DNA of 58,455 bases, taken from NCBI GenBank assembly GCA_964652295.1, contig CAZZCL010000007.1, positions 1 through 58,455 of the forward strand, read 5' to 3'. Shown here piece after piece: positions 1-9,231 of this stretch. Made by a program: the position numbers and the translations under genes. Source of the stretch: an uncultured Chthoniobacterales bacterium. GTDB lineage: Bacteria; Verrucomicrobiota; Verrucomicrobiia; Chthoniobacterales; CALDSX01. The notes under the pieces were generated by a model. That model was not told the DNA's origin and made no database searches. It was given only the letters and a program-made list of their open reading frames with translations. The first letter of the stretch is position 1. Each line of letters begins with the position of its first letter.

Positions 1-82
1 GCCTCGCTGTTTTGCGGCGCCGGGTTCGCCGGGCCTGAGAGGAAGTTCGCTCGGACCGCATCTTGCGACTTATGCGAGGGGA

Positions 83-105
83 GGGGCCCCCGGGGTGGGG
101 GCCCC
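83..105 (+). terminator. GC-only hairpin, possibly the intrinsic terminator of a gene upstream of the window
   Basis: GGGGCCCCC (83-91) pairs with GGGGGCCCC (97-105) across a 5-nt loop GGGGT. The following sequence, CTTTGCATTT, is only weakly T-rich. The hairpin lies about 60 nt before the first gene. Confidence 0.3.
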
Positions 106-163
106 CTTTGCATTTCCGAATCCACCTCCCACCCACCTTCAACCCGTTTCATGCCCTGACTTC

Positions 164-1549
164 ATGACCTCAGACCGCAGCGTCCTGCCTAACATCGTTT
201 ACTTTGTCTGCCACGATCTTGGACGCCATCTGGGTTGCTATCGACTGCCGTTTTCCACGCCGCATTTGGACCGGTTCGCCGGGGAAGCCCGGCGCTTCAC
301 CCAGGCATTCTGCGCGTCTCCGGCGTGCAGCCCGTCGCGGGCCTGCGCCATGACCGGGCGGTATGCCCACTGCACGGGCGCGATCGGGCTGTCGCACATG
401 GGGTGGCCGCTCGACCTCGGCCATCGCACGATCATTGATGATCTGAATACCGCCGGCTACGCGACGATCCACAGCGGAATCAACCACGAGCGGCATCCCC
501 GGACGGACCGGTATGCGGTGGATTTGCCGGAAACCTGGGACGACTTCAGTGCCGCTTCGGCAGTCAGCAAAGCCATTGCGCATCTCGCCCGGCGAGAGTC
601 GAACCGTCCGTTCTATCTCAACGTTAGCACCTCGGAGCCGCATCCCAGCACATGGAAGGAAGTGGGGGATCGCATCCCCGGGCCGGTGCCCCCCGATGAA
701 GTGGTGGTGCCGCTCAACTTCCCCGATTCCCCGCTCGTGCGGGAGACAGTCGGAGCGTTTCAATCGTCGATCATCGAGATGGACCGGCGATTCGGAGAGT
801 TGATGGAGGCGTTGGATCGGTTCGGCCTTCGCGAAACCGCATGGGTCATCTTCACCACCGATCATGGCATCAACGGCCTCGGCGGCAAAGGCACCCTCTA
901 CGACCTCGGCACGCAAACAGCGCTCATGGTGCGCGCCCCCGACGGGAGCGGTGCAGGCACGGTGTGCGATGCGCTGGTCTCTAACATCGACCTGCGACCC
1001 ACGCTGTGCGAACTGGCTGGGGTGCCCGCACCCGATGTCGTCGACGGGAAATCCTTCGCCCCGCTGCTCCGCGGTGAGATACACCGGGAACACGAGGCGA
1101 TCTTCACCGAAAGGAACTTCCACGGCGAATATCGGCAGCGTCCGCAGTCCAAGGATGACACTGGCTTCATCGATCTCTTCGATCCGATCCGCTCGATCCG
1201 CACTTCCCAATACCATTACATCCGATGGTGGCACCCGGATGGGAATCCCCACTACGGGCCGATACCGCCCTGTTTCCCTCCGGGCTACGAGCCGGACGGC
1301 GAGACGTTCTGGAATGCCTGGCCGCCCCCCGATTTTCCCCGTCGCGCCGAGGCACTCTTCGACGTGACCCGCGATGCCCTCGAGTGGGTCGATCTCGCTG
1401 GTCGTCCCGAATACCAGGAGGTGAAGCGGAGCCTGAATTCCCAGCTCGAGGAATGGATGACCGCCACCGATGACTTCCTGCTCACCGGGAAACGGCCCGT
1501 CCGCCCGATGGAGCCGGGATGGGGGCCGAATTGGCCCCTGCAGCAATGA
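164..1549 (+). CDS. Cys-type sulfatase (S1 family), no signal peptide
   Basis: ORF 95..1549 trimmed to the first ATG (164). It carries the sulfatase signature CSPSRACAMTGR (C-x-P-x-R). The N-terminal metal-site motif reads VCHDLG (His-Asp instead of Asp-Asp). No hydrophobic leader is present. Confidence 0.85.
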   Translation: MTSDRSVLPNIVYFVCHDLGRHLGCYRLPFSTPHLDRFAGEARRFTQAFCASPACSPSRACAMTGRYAHCTGAIGLSHMGWPLDLGHRTIIDDLNTAGYATIHSGINHERHPRTDRYAVDLPETWDDFSAASAVSKAIAHLARRESNRPFYLNVSTSEPHPSTWKEVGDRIPGPVPPDEVVVPLNFPDSPLVRETVGAFQSSIIEMDRRFGELMEALDRFGLRETAWVIFTTDHGINGLGGKGTLYDLGTQTALMVRAPDGSGAGTVCDALVSNIDLRPTLCELAGVPAPDVVDGKSFAPLLRGEIHREHEAIFTERNFHGEYRQRPQSKDDTGFIDLFDPIRSIRTSQYHYIRWWHPDGNPHYGPIPPCFPPGYEPDGETFWNAWPPPDFPRRAEALFDVTRDALEWVDLAGRPEYQEVKRSLNSQLEEWMTATDDFLLTGKRPVRPMEPGWGPNWPLQQ

Positions 1550-1556
1550 CCCGTTG

Positions 1557-2846
1557 ATGAATCAGCTTCCCACAGAAGTTGCCGCCGCTATTCCCGTGCT
1601 CAGGGAATTTCTCGCCAGAGACTACCGGGCCCAGTTCCGCCCTGCTGGCGGCAACATGGCGCATCCCTTCTGCACTCCGGGCAGCGCCCAGTATTCGGAT
1701 CAGCTCTGGGACTGGGATTCCTACTTCGTCTGCATCGCCCTCCGCCAGATCATCAGGGACGCCGAGGATCCCTCGCTTGCCGATGAATACGCCCTGCACG
1801 AGAAGGGCACCGTCCTCAACTGGCTGCCGCATATCGGGATGAGCGGCCATATCCCGGTTGTGATGCGGCGCGACGAGCCCTTGCACCGCCCGGAGCCAAT
1901 CCACAGCGAGAACATGCACAAACCGTTTCTCGTGCAGAAGGCGGTCTTCATTTCCGAACAGACCGGAGACTACGAGTGGCTGCGCGAGGATTGCTACAAG
2001 CTGCAGTGCTTCATCAACGCCTACCTCAACCATCACCGCCACGCGCCCACCGGTTTGGTTTACGCCAAAAGCGATGCCGGGAGCATCGGTGACGACGACC
2101 CCTGCTTCTTCGGTCGCCCGCCCGGCACCTGCGCCCCGCTCTACCTGAACGTCCCCCTCTACCGTGAGCTGCTGGCCCTCGCCCGCACCTGCGAACGGCT
2201 GGGGCTCGCGGACACCGCGCCAACCTACCGGCACCAGGCCGCGAGTCTGCGGGAGGCCATCGAGCGCGAGATGTGGGACGACTGGCTGGGGCTCTATTTC
2301 AATGTGGACATCGGCATGGCTCCCTACGAACCGCCAGACCGTCCATGGAGCCTGCACGTCGGGGCACCGCGGAGCTGGAACAGCCTCCTCCAGCGCATCG
2401 GGGTCTGGACCTGTTTCCTTCCGCTTTGGGCCGGCATCCCTTCACAGGAACAGGCGGACCGCATGATCGTTCACCTTCGCGATCCCGAAACCTTCCGCGC
2501 CCGATTCGGCATCCGCACGCTGTCCAAACGCGAGAAGCAATATGCGATCCAAGCCACTGGAAATCCCTCGAACTGGCGCGGCCCGGTCTGGCCCATCGTC
2601 AACTACATCATCTGGCAGGGACTGCTCAACTACGGTTACCACGATGATGCCCGTCGACTCGCCGAAGATACCATTCTGCTTCTAGCCGGAGACGTGAAGC
2701 GGAACGGGGGGATGCACGAATATTACGAACCCGACACGGGCCAGGCGATGCTCAACAAGGGCTTCCTGAACTGGAACTGCCTCGTCGCCAATATGATCGC
2801 TTGGATTGAAGGGCGTCCAGTCGTCGCCGACCACATCCTGAAATGA
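1557..2846 (+). CDS. (alpha/alpha)6 six-hairpin glycoside hydrolase, GH63/trehalase-like
   Basis: ORF 1470..2846 trimmed to ATG 1557, 7 nt after the upstream stop. Motifs QLWDWDSYF and NPSNWRGPVWPIVNY are typical of GH63/GH37-like enzymes. No signal peptide. Confidence 0.6.
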   Translation: MNQLPTEVAAAIPVLREFLARDYRAQFRPAGGNMAHPFCTPGSAQYSDQLWDWDSYFVCIALRQIIRDAEDPSLADEYALHEKGTVLNWLPHIGMSGHIPVVMRRDEPLHRPEPIHSENMHKPFLVQKAVFISEQTGDYEWLREDCYKLQCFINAYLNHHRHAPTGLVYAKSDAGSIGDDDPCFFGRPPGTCAPLYLNVPLYRELLALARTCERLGLADTAPTYRHQAASLREAIEREMWDDWLGLYFNVDIGMAPYEPPDRPWSLHVGAPRSWNSLLQRIGVWTCFLPLWAGIPSQEQADRMIVHLRDPETFRARFGIRTLSKREKQYAIQATGNPSNWRGPVWPIVNYIIWQGLLNYGYHDDARRLAEDTILLLAGDVKRNGGMHEYYEPDTGQAMLNKGFLNWNCLVANMIAWIEGRPVVADHILK

Positions 2847-4198
2847 AACCGACCTTGCCAAACATCCTGCTTTGCACATTGCACGACGCCGGGCGTCAGT
2901 TTGGCTGCTACGGGCATCCGACGGTCGTCACGCCCCACGTGGACCGGCTGGCCGGCGAGGGCGTGATCTTAAGAAACGCCTTCTGCGCCTCGGCCAAATG
3001 CTCGCCGAGCCGCGGTGCGCTGCTCACCGGGCGCTGGCCGCAAAGCAACGGTCTCTACTATCTCTGCCATCCGCCATTCGACTGGCACTTCCATCAGGGC
3101 GAGCGCACCCTCACGCAAATTCTCGCTGATCACGGATACCATTGCGTTCTCCACGGATTCCAGCACGAACACCCGCACCAATCGCCCGAGCGGTTGGGCC
3201 ACCACGAGTTCTACAACCACGAACACCTCGCCCCGACATGGCAGGTGCCTCCCTGCGATGTGATCGCTGAGGGTGCCGCCCGCTGGCTGCGCCAGCAGTC
3301 CGCCCTGCCGGAAGGCGGAGATCGCAAGCCGTTCTTCCTTCAGCTGGGATTCTTCGAGACCCACCGGCCCTACCATTGGGGCGGTGCCGAACCCGACGCG
3401 TCCCTCGGCGTCGAGCTTCCGAGCTGGATCGAGCCTACCCCGGAGCTGGAGAACGATATGGCGGCGCTCCAGGGCATGCTGCGCAAAGCCGACGCCGCCT
3501 TCGGCGTCGTGCTGGATGCTCTGGAAGCCGGCGGCCTCGCGGAGGATACCCTGGTCATCTTCACCGTGGACCACGGCCTGGACCTGCCCGGCGCCAAGGG
3601 CACCTGCTACGAGCCGGGCCTCGAGACCGCCCTCGTCCTGCGCTGGCCCAAGGGCGGAGTGAAGGGCGGACGCAAGGTCGCAGACATGGTAAGCAATGTC
3701 GATCTGCTCCCGTCCCTGATCGAGCTTCTCGGGCTCCCGCAGCAACCCGGCGTGCAGGGAATTTCGTTTGCTCAAGCCCTGCGAGGTGTTCCCAACCCGG
3801 CCAAGCGCACCCTGCTGCCGGGCATGATCGAAGAGGGCGAACGCCGCTCGATCCGTGACGAACGCTGGAAGTTGATCCGCAACTTCACCCAGCTCCACGA
3901 AGTGCTTCGTCCGGTTCGGCTCAAACCGGTCAAGGACCTCTACCTCTCCGGCGGCAGCACCGAAACCTGCGTCCATCACAACCTGCCGCTTGTCGAGTTT
4001 TACGATCTCACGAATGATCCCGACGAACTCCGCAATCTCGCCGACGACCCGGCCTGCACGCCGGAACGCCAGCGCCTCGATGCCGCGCTCTGGCAATGGA
4101 TGGAATCGGTCAACGACCCGGTCCTCGCCCTGCCCCACATCCCCCGCTGGCGCCAAAATCTTGCCGACTACCTCAACTGGAAGAACCACCATGCCTGA
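2843..4198 (+). CDS. Cys-type sulfatase, no signal peptide
   Basis: ATGA start/stop overlap with the upstream gene. Signature CSPSRGALLTGR is present. The N-terminal motif is CTLHDAG (His-Asp variant). Confidence 0.85.
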   Translation: MKPTLPNILLCTLHDAGRQFGCYGHPTVVTPHVDRLAGEGVILRNAFCASAKCSPSRGALLTGRWPQSNGLYYLCHPPFDWHFHQGERTLTQILADHGYHCVLHGFQHEHPHQSPERLGHHEFYNHEHLAPTWQVPPCDVIAEGAARWLRQQSALPEGGDRKPFFLQLGFFETHRPYHWGGAEPDASLGVELPSWIEPTPELENDMAALQGMLRKADAAFGVVLDALEAGGLAEDTLVIFTVDHGLDLPGAKGTCYEPGLETALVLRWPKGGVKGGRKVADMVSNVDLLPSLIELLGLPQQPGVQGISFAQALRGVPNPAKRTLLPGMIEEGERRSIRDERWKLIRNFTQLHEVLRPVRLKPVKDLYLSGGSTETCVHHNLPLVEFYDLTNDPDELRNLADDPACTPERQRLDAALWQWMESVNDPVLALPHIPRWRQNLADYLNWKNHHA

Positions 4199-6758
4199 GA
4201 CCGAGACGAGCCACCTCCATCGCAGCAGCATCCCCCGCAGCGGCCCCGCCCTCGGCGGCATCGGCACTGGCGCTCTCGAAATCCGCGCCGACGGGATTTT
4301 CCGCAATTGGACGATCTTCAACAACGCTCCGTTGTTCGCCGCCGAGCCTCCGCAGGACCGCGAGGAGGAACGCCTGTTCTTCTTCGTGCGCTGGCAGGTC
4401 GCCGATGGCCGTCCCAAATTCCGGCTGCTCCAGGTCCGCACCGACGCGCCCCACACCGCCGGAGCGACCCTTCAGCCTTATACCTTCCGCTGGCTCCGCC
4501 CGATCGAATCGATCACGATGACCTCGCGCTGGCCGCTGGCAGAACTCACGTTTTGCGACGGGGAAATGCCGTTCGAAGTGCGGCTGACCACGTTCAGCCC
4601 GTTCATCCCGGGGCAAGTGAAAGATTCCTCCCTGCCAGGCATCTATTTCGATTTTGAAATCCGCTCCCAATCCGACCTCCCGGTCGAGGTGCTGCTTGTC
4701 GCCACTCTCCGGCACACGGTCGCCTACAATGTGCCCGACCGGCTCTACGGGGGCGGCTTGGCTTCCGGTCAAGGATGGAAAGGCTTCACGTTCACGGCGG
4801 ATGAAGTCCCCGAGGAGGAGGCCACCGCTGGCACCATGACCTTGGCCCATCTCTCTGGAGGCGAACTCAGCTACCACGTGGGTTGGTCGCACCAGCATGT
4901 GTTTCACGAACCGCTGATCTTTGCGAAGCAACTTTCCGGCAAGTGCGAAGTCGAAGGGCAGAACGCCGTCCGCAACCACGACGGACGCAGGGTTGCCACC
5001 CATCCCTGCTTTGGCTCACTGGGCAGCCGGGTTCGGCTCACCCCCGGCCAGGAGGAGTCCGTCCGCCTCGCCATGGCATGGCACTTCCCCAACGCATACG
5101 CCGACCAGACCCGCCAGGCGAAAAAACTCGGCCTGACCGCCGAGACCCGCATCGAGGGCCATGCCTACACGAGGCATTTTTCCGATTCCGGAGCGGTCAT
5201 CGATTATCTCGCCACGAATGCAGGATCCCTCGGCTCGCGATCCCGGGAATTCGTCCGGCACTTCTTTGCGTCCTCTCTCCCGAAATCCGTGCTCGCCACG
5301 GTCAATAGCCAGTTCAATACGTTTGTCACCAGTTGCTGGCACACGGCGGCCGGGGATTTCGGAATCCAGGAAGGTGTCACCCGGGAGCAGCCATGGGGAC
5401 CCCTGGCCACCGTCGATGTCGGCATGTATGGCAGCATCGGCACCCTGCTCCTCTTTCCCGAACTGGACCGCGCCATGTGGGAAGTCCATCACCGTCTTCA
5501 GTCTCCGGATGGCGAGGTCTCACATGGGATCGGGCGCAACTTCGCCCGCAATGATGCAAGCGGGGAGGCGGTCCATAGCCGTCTCGACCTTGTGCCGCAA
5601 TATGTCGTGCAGACAATCCGCCACGCATTCTACACCAGTGACATTGAGGCGCTTCGCACCTTCTGGCCTTCAATCGAGAAGGCGCTGGAATACGTGACCA
5701 CCCGGCGGGACGCCGACGGTGACGGTTTGCCCGAGATGAGCGGCTCGAACTCAAGTTACGACAACTTCCCGATGTTCGGGCCCTCCTCCTACGTCGCATC
5801 GCAGTGGATTTCCGCCCTCGACCACGCCCGGTGCGCCGCCCGGGTGCTCGGGCTGGATGCAACCGGTTGGGACGAACTGCGCGACCGCGCCTGCAAGGCG
5901 TTCGAGGCCAGGCTTTGGAACGGCAGTTACTTCAGCCTTTACAACGACACCGGTGGCAGCAAGGGCGACCGCGACGAGGGCTGCCTCACCGACCAGCTCA
6001 TTGGCCAGTGGGCCAACGACCTTTGCGACCTCGGCCCCATCTGCGATCCGGTCAGGAAGGAGAGCGCTTTCGATGCCATCATGCAGCGCAACTTCCTGCC
6101 CGATGAGGGTCTCTTCAATTGCCGCTGGCCGGGCGATGACTGGCTGCACCCCGTGCCAGATTCGGTCTGGTATGACCAGTCGAATACCTTCTGGACCGGC
6201 GTCCAGCTCGGCTTCGCCTCGCTTATGGCGCTGGAGGGAAGGCCCGCCGCAGCCATCCGCATTATCGAAGCGGTGGATCGAATCCAACGCGCCGAAGGCT
6301 GGCTCTGGGACCACTTTGAATGGGGCGGTCACTACTATCGGGCCATGTCCGCTCTTGCCCTGCCCAACTCGTTCCTCGGTCTGAGCTGGCGGATGGGCGT
6401 GGCCCGCTTCCAGCCCTTCTCAAACGTTCCCTACGAGGGCGTGTTCTTTCTCGCGGGGGGGTATGGCACAGCACGGCGCCATCGGACGGCGAGCGGAGAG
6501 GAGACCCTCCTCCACGTCATCGAAGGCTCCTGCGTGATCCGGGGTATTGCCGTCGCGGGGGCGGGTTCCCTTCGCGCCTGTCATCTCGGGAATCCGCTTG
6601 TCCTGCAGTCCGACGAGGAAGGTGAGCAAGGCTGGTGGCTGCGCGAGCCCATTACCCTGGTTCCCGGCGAATCCCTCCTTATCACCGCAGAATCCATCCG
6701 TAGCGCGGGCAACGAAAGCCCGGGAGACCCGTCCAAAACCTCACGTGCATCGGGATGA
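4191..6758 (+). CDS. GH116-like (DUF608-type) glycoside hydrolase, cytoplasmic
   Basis: ORF 3990..6758 trimmed to ATG 4191, giving an 8-nt overlap with the upstream stop. The N-terminus GPALGGIGTGALEIRADGIFRNWTIFNN resembles the GH116 N-domain. The central region DADGDGLPEMSGSNSSYDNFPMFGPSSYVASQWISAL resembles the DUF608 catalytic domain. Confidence 0.65.
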   Translation: MPETETSHLHRSSIPRSGPALGGIGTGALEIRADGIFRNWTIFNNAPLFAAEPPQDREEERLFFFVRWQVADGRPKFRLLQVRTDAPHTAGATLQPYTFRWLRPIESITMTSRWPLAELTFCDGEMPFEVRLTTFSPFIPGQVKDSSLPGIYFDFEIRSQSDLPVEVLLVATLRHTVAYNVPDRLYGGGLASGQGWKGFTFTADEVPEEEATAGTMTLAHLSGGELSYHVGWSHQHVFHEPLIFAKQLSGKCEVEGQNAVRNHDGRRVATHPCFGSLGSRVRLTPGQEESVRLAMAWHFPNAYADQTRQAKKLGLTAETRIEGHAYTRHFSDSGAVIDYLATNAGSLGSRSREFVRHFFASSLPKSVLATVNSQFNTFVTSCWHTAAGDFGIQEGVTREQPWGPLATVDVGMYGSIGTLLLFPELDRAMWEVHHRLQSPDGEVSHGIGRNFARNDASGEAVHSRLDLVPQYVVQTIRHAFYTSDIEALRTFWPSIEKALEYVTTRRDADGDGLPEMSGSNSSYDNFPMFGPSSYVASQWISALDHARCAARVLGLDATGWDELRDRACKAFEARLWNGSYFSLYNDTGGSKGDRDEGCLTDQLIGQWANDLCDLGPICDPVRKESAFDAIMQRNFLPDEGLFNCRWPGDDWLHPVPDSVWYDQSNTFWTGVQLGFASLMALEGRPAAAIRIIEAVDRIQRAEGWLWDHFEWGGHYYRAMSALALPNSFLGLSWRMGVARFQPFSNVPYEGVFFLAGGYGTARRHRTASGEETLLHVIEGSCVIRGIAVAGAGSLRACHLGNPLVLQSDEEGEQGWWLREPITLVPGESLLITAESIRSAGNESPGDPSKTSRASG

Positions 6759-8083
6759 GTGTGCGGCCCAACATCCTTTTATTGATCGCCGACCAATGGG
6801 GCGCGTGCTCGGCGGACGGCTTCCAGGAGAACCCTGAGGGGGTCTCCACCCCGACTCTCGCGCGTCTTGCCCGCGAAGGCACCAGCTTCGCGAAGACCTA
6901 CGCGCCGTTCCCGGTTTGCACCCCGGCCCGAGCCGCCTTGTTCAGCGGCAACTACCCCTGCCATACCCGCGTGCTCGGCAATATGCCCGACAAAGCTCCG
7001 GGCGAGATCACACCGATCGAGTTGCCTCGGCTTGGCGACCGCCTGCGCGCCGCCGGCTACGACACCGGTTACTTCGGCAAGACCCACGCCGCCGGGCTGA
7101 CAACCGGGTTCGACGACCACGGCGAATTCACTTACGCTGGTCCGGGTTATCTTGCCTGCGGCGGCATCTGGGATCCGCTCTTCACACGTGACGCCATCCG
7201 ATTTGTCGAGCAAAAGCGTTCCCGCCCTTTCGCGGCAGTGGTCTCGCTGATCAATCCGCACGACATCTGCCGTATCCCCGTGCAACAACCGCCGATCCCT
7301 TTTGAAGATGCGTCGGTGGCCGATCTCACAGATCGGTTCAACTGGAGCGATACCTTCACCCGGGGGCGTGACATTCCGCCTCTGCCGCCCAATCACAGTG
7401 CACCGCCACTCGATTGGATGCCTGCGACGCACGGGTCCGCACCCGATTGGGACGAAAAACGCTGGCGCCGTTTTTTGGCAGTCTATCAGCAATTGATTGA
7501 AAACGTGGACTGGCAGATGGGGCTCGTCCTCGATGCCCTCCAGCGCATCGGCCAAGCCGACAACACCCTTGTCATTTTTACCTCCGACCACGGCGACCAT
7601 GCTTCCGCCCACGGGCTGGTGGGCAAAGGAACCTTTTACGAGGAATCGGTCCGGGTTCCGCTTACCCTGCGCTGGCCGGGACGGATCGCCGCCGGACGCA
7701 GAGAGGACGAGCACCCCGTCTCTCTGATTGATCTTCTCCCCACCATTCTCGGTGCGGCCGGAGTCGAGGTGGATGGACCCTGCGACGGACTCGACCTTGC
7801 GCCCCTGCTGGTGCCGGGGACTCCGGAGCCGTGGCAGCGCGCGTTCGTTGCCAGCCAGACTGCGGACGCCCACATGATCCGTTTCGGCCACTACAAATAT
7901 ATTCGGCGGGGAGAAGAAGAAGCTCTCTTCGACCTCAAGGATGATCAAGGCGAGACGCGCAACCTTGCAGCACGCGACGCCGCCGAAGTTCCAATGGCGC
8001 AGGGCAGGGCATTCCTCGAAAGCCATCTCACCGACATGAACGGAGCCCTTCATGCGGAGGGATGTCGGGCACCCATTCCATGA
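6755..8083 (+). CDS. Cys-type sulfatase, no signal peptide
   Basis: ATGA overlap with the upstream gene. Motifs NILLLIADQWG and CTPARAALFSGNYP are present. Confidence 0.85.
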   Translation: MSVRPNILLLIADQWGACSADGFQENPEGVSTPTLARLAREGTSFAKTYAPFPVCTPARAALFSGNYPCHTRVLGNMPDKAPGEITPIELPRLGDRLRAAGYDTGYFGKTHAAGLTTGFDDHGEFTYAGPGYLACGGIWDPLFTRDAIRFVEQKRSRPFAAVVSLINPHDICRIPVQQPPIPFEDASVADLTDRFNWSDTFTRGRDIPPLPPNHSAPPLDWMPATHGSAPDWDEKRWRRFLAVYQQLIENVDWQMGLVLDALQRIGQADNTLVIFTSDHGDHASAHGLVGKGTFYEESVRVPLTLRWPGRIAAGRREDEHPVSLIDLLPTILGAAGVEVDGPCDGLDLAPLLVPGTPEPWQRAFVASQTADAHMIRFGHYKYIRRGEEEALFDLKDDQGETRNLAARDAAEVPMAQGRAFLESHLTDMNGALHAEGCRAPIP

Positions 8084-9231
8084 ATCTCGTTATGATGAAA
8101 ACCACGCTTGCCCTCATGCTGACCGGCACTGCCCTCTGCCTGGCTTCGACCTTCCCAATGGCCTCAGCCGAGGACGCCGGAGAGAGGACCGACCGACCAC
8201 TAACCGTCTATTACATCGGCAACAGCCTCACCCGCAACCTGCCCCTCGAGCGGCTTCAGGCACTCTTCGACGCGTCCGCCATTTCCTACCGTTACGGCAT
8301 GCAGCTCGCCGGAGGTCACACCCTCGAGAAACATCTCTCGCAGCGCAACCACAGCAACAAACCGGGCGAGGGGAAATTCAACACCGATGAAACCTTTGGC
8401 CCCTATGGTGAGGCCTTCCGCAAACACTCCTTCGATGCCGTCGTGCTCCAACCTTACGCAAAGGAACTCGATTCCGAACCCAAAATCACGTCGCAGTGGC
8501 CGTATTTCGAATGCGGAGATCTCCAAGCCGCTTCCGCCTTCATCGACTATGCGCGAGGCAGGACACCCGAGGGCAGCGGACGCTGGGACTATGACAACCC
8601 TAACCGGGGCCACAAGGCCGCAGACCATTTCTTCATCTATGCCACCTGGCCCAACACCTCAGCCGTGCTCGAACAAGCCGACGAAAAAAACTATGCCCAT
8701 TATTACGCCCAACCCTACCGGGGGGACGTCCAGGTCTGCGCGGACTTTTTCAAAAAGTTGGTAGACGGCTTGAATGCTGCATATCCCGACCTCGCGCAGC
8801 CGGTGCGCCTCATTCCAGCAGGCGAGGTAATGGCCGTCCTGGATAAAAAAATTCGCGACCACACTCTGCCAGGCATCGAGGCTTTCTACGACCGCAACCA
8901 GCGTTACTTCCGCAAGGCAAGGCGCAACAACAAAGGAAAGTCCAATTTTGACCCCGAGGAATTCGACCCCGGCGCCGGCGTGCTCAATTTCTACGCCGAT
9001 AACATCCACCTCAACGACCAGCCCCACAACGGCCCCACATCGGGAACCATCGGCTCCTATGTTGCCGCCCTGACCGTCTATGCCGTCCTGACCGGACGGA
9101 GTCCGGTCGGCCTCACCGCAAAACCTTACGAGCAGTTCGACGAAACAGCGGACGCCGATCTCATCGAATCGCTTCAGACCGCGGTCTGGGACGTAGTTCG
9201 CACCAACCCTCTCACCGGAGTTAACCCATGA
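8080..9231 (+). CDS. Secreted SGNH/GDSL-like hydrolase (candidate carbohydrate esterase)
   Basis: ATGA overlap at 8080, with an alternative ATG at 8092. Signal peptide MMKTTLALMLTGTALCLASTFPMASA. Block I-like YYIGNSLT and block V-like DNIHLN (D-x-x-H) are present. Confidence 0.5.
   Translation: MNLVMMKTTLALMLTGTALCLASTFPMASAEDAGERTDRPLTVYYIGNSLTRNLPLERLQALFDASAISYRYGMQLAGGHTLEKHLSQRNHSNKPGEGKFNTDETFGPYGEAFRKHSFDAVVLQPYAKELDSEPKITSQWPYFECGDLQAASAFIDYARGRTPEGSGRWDYDNPNRGHKAADHFFIYATWPNTSAVLEQADEKNYAHYYAQPYRGDVQVCADFFKKLVDGLNAAYPDLAQPVRLIPAGEVMAVLDKKIRDHTLPGIEAFYDRNQRYFRKARRNNKGKSNFDPEEFDPGAGVLNFYADNIHLNDQPHNGPTSGTIGSYVAALTVYAVLTGRSPVGLTAKPYEQFDETADADLIESLQTAVWDVVRTNPLTGVNP

Noticed and set aside
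170-1546. Long antisense ORFs mirroring real genes. Examples: 170..1546 (-), 2969..4456 (-), 6779..8053 (-), 9489..10913 (-), 28241..29287 (+), 29304..30698 (+), 44361..45572 (-), 46380..47630 (-), 50375..52708 (-, 777 aa), 55076..56302 (-).
   Set aside because: These are typical shadow ORFs of GC-rich DNA. Their translations are Arg/Gly/Ala/Pro-rich with no motifs, and each is fully overlapped by an opposite-strand gene with clear family signatures.
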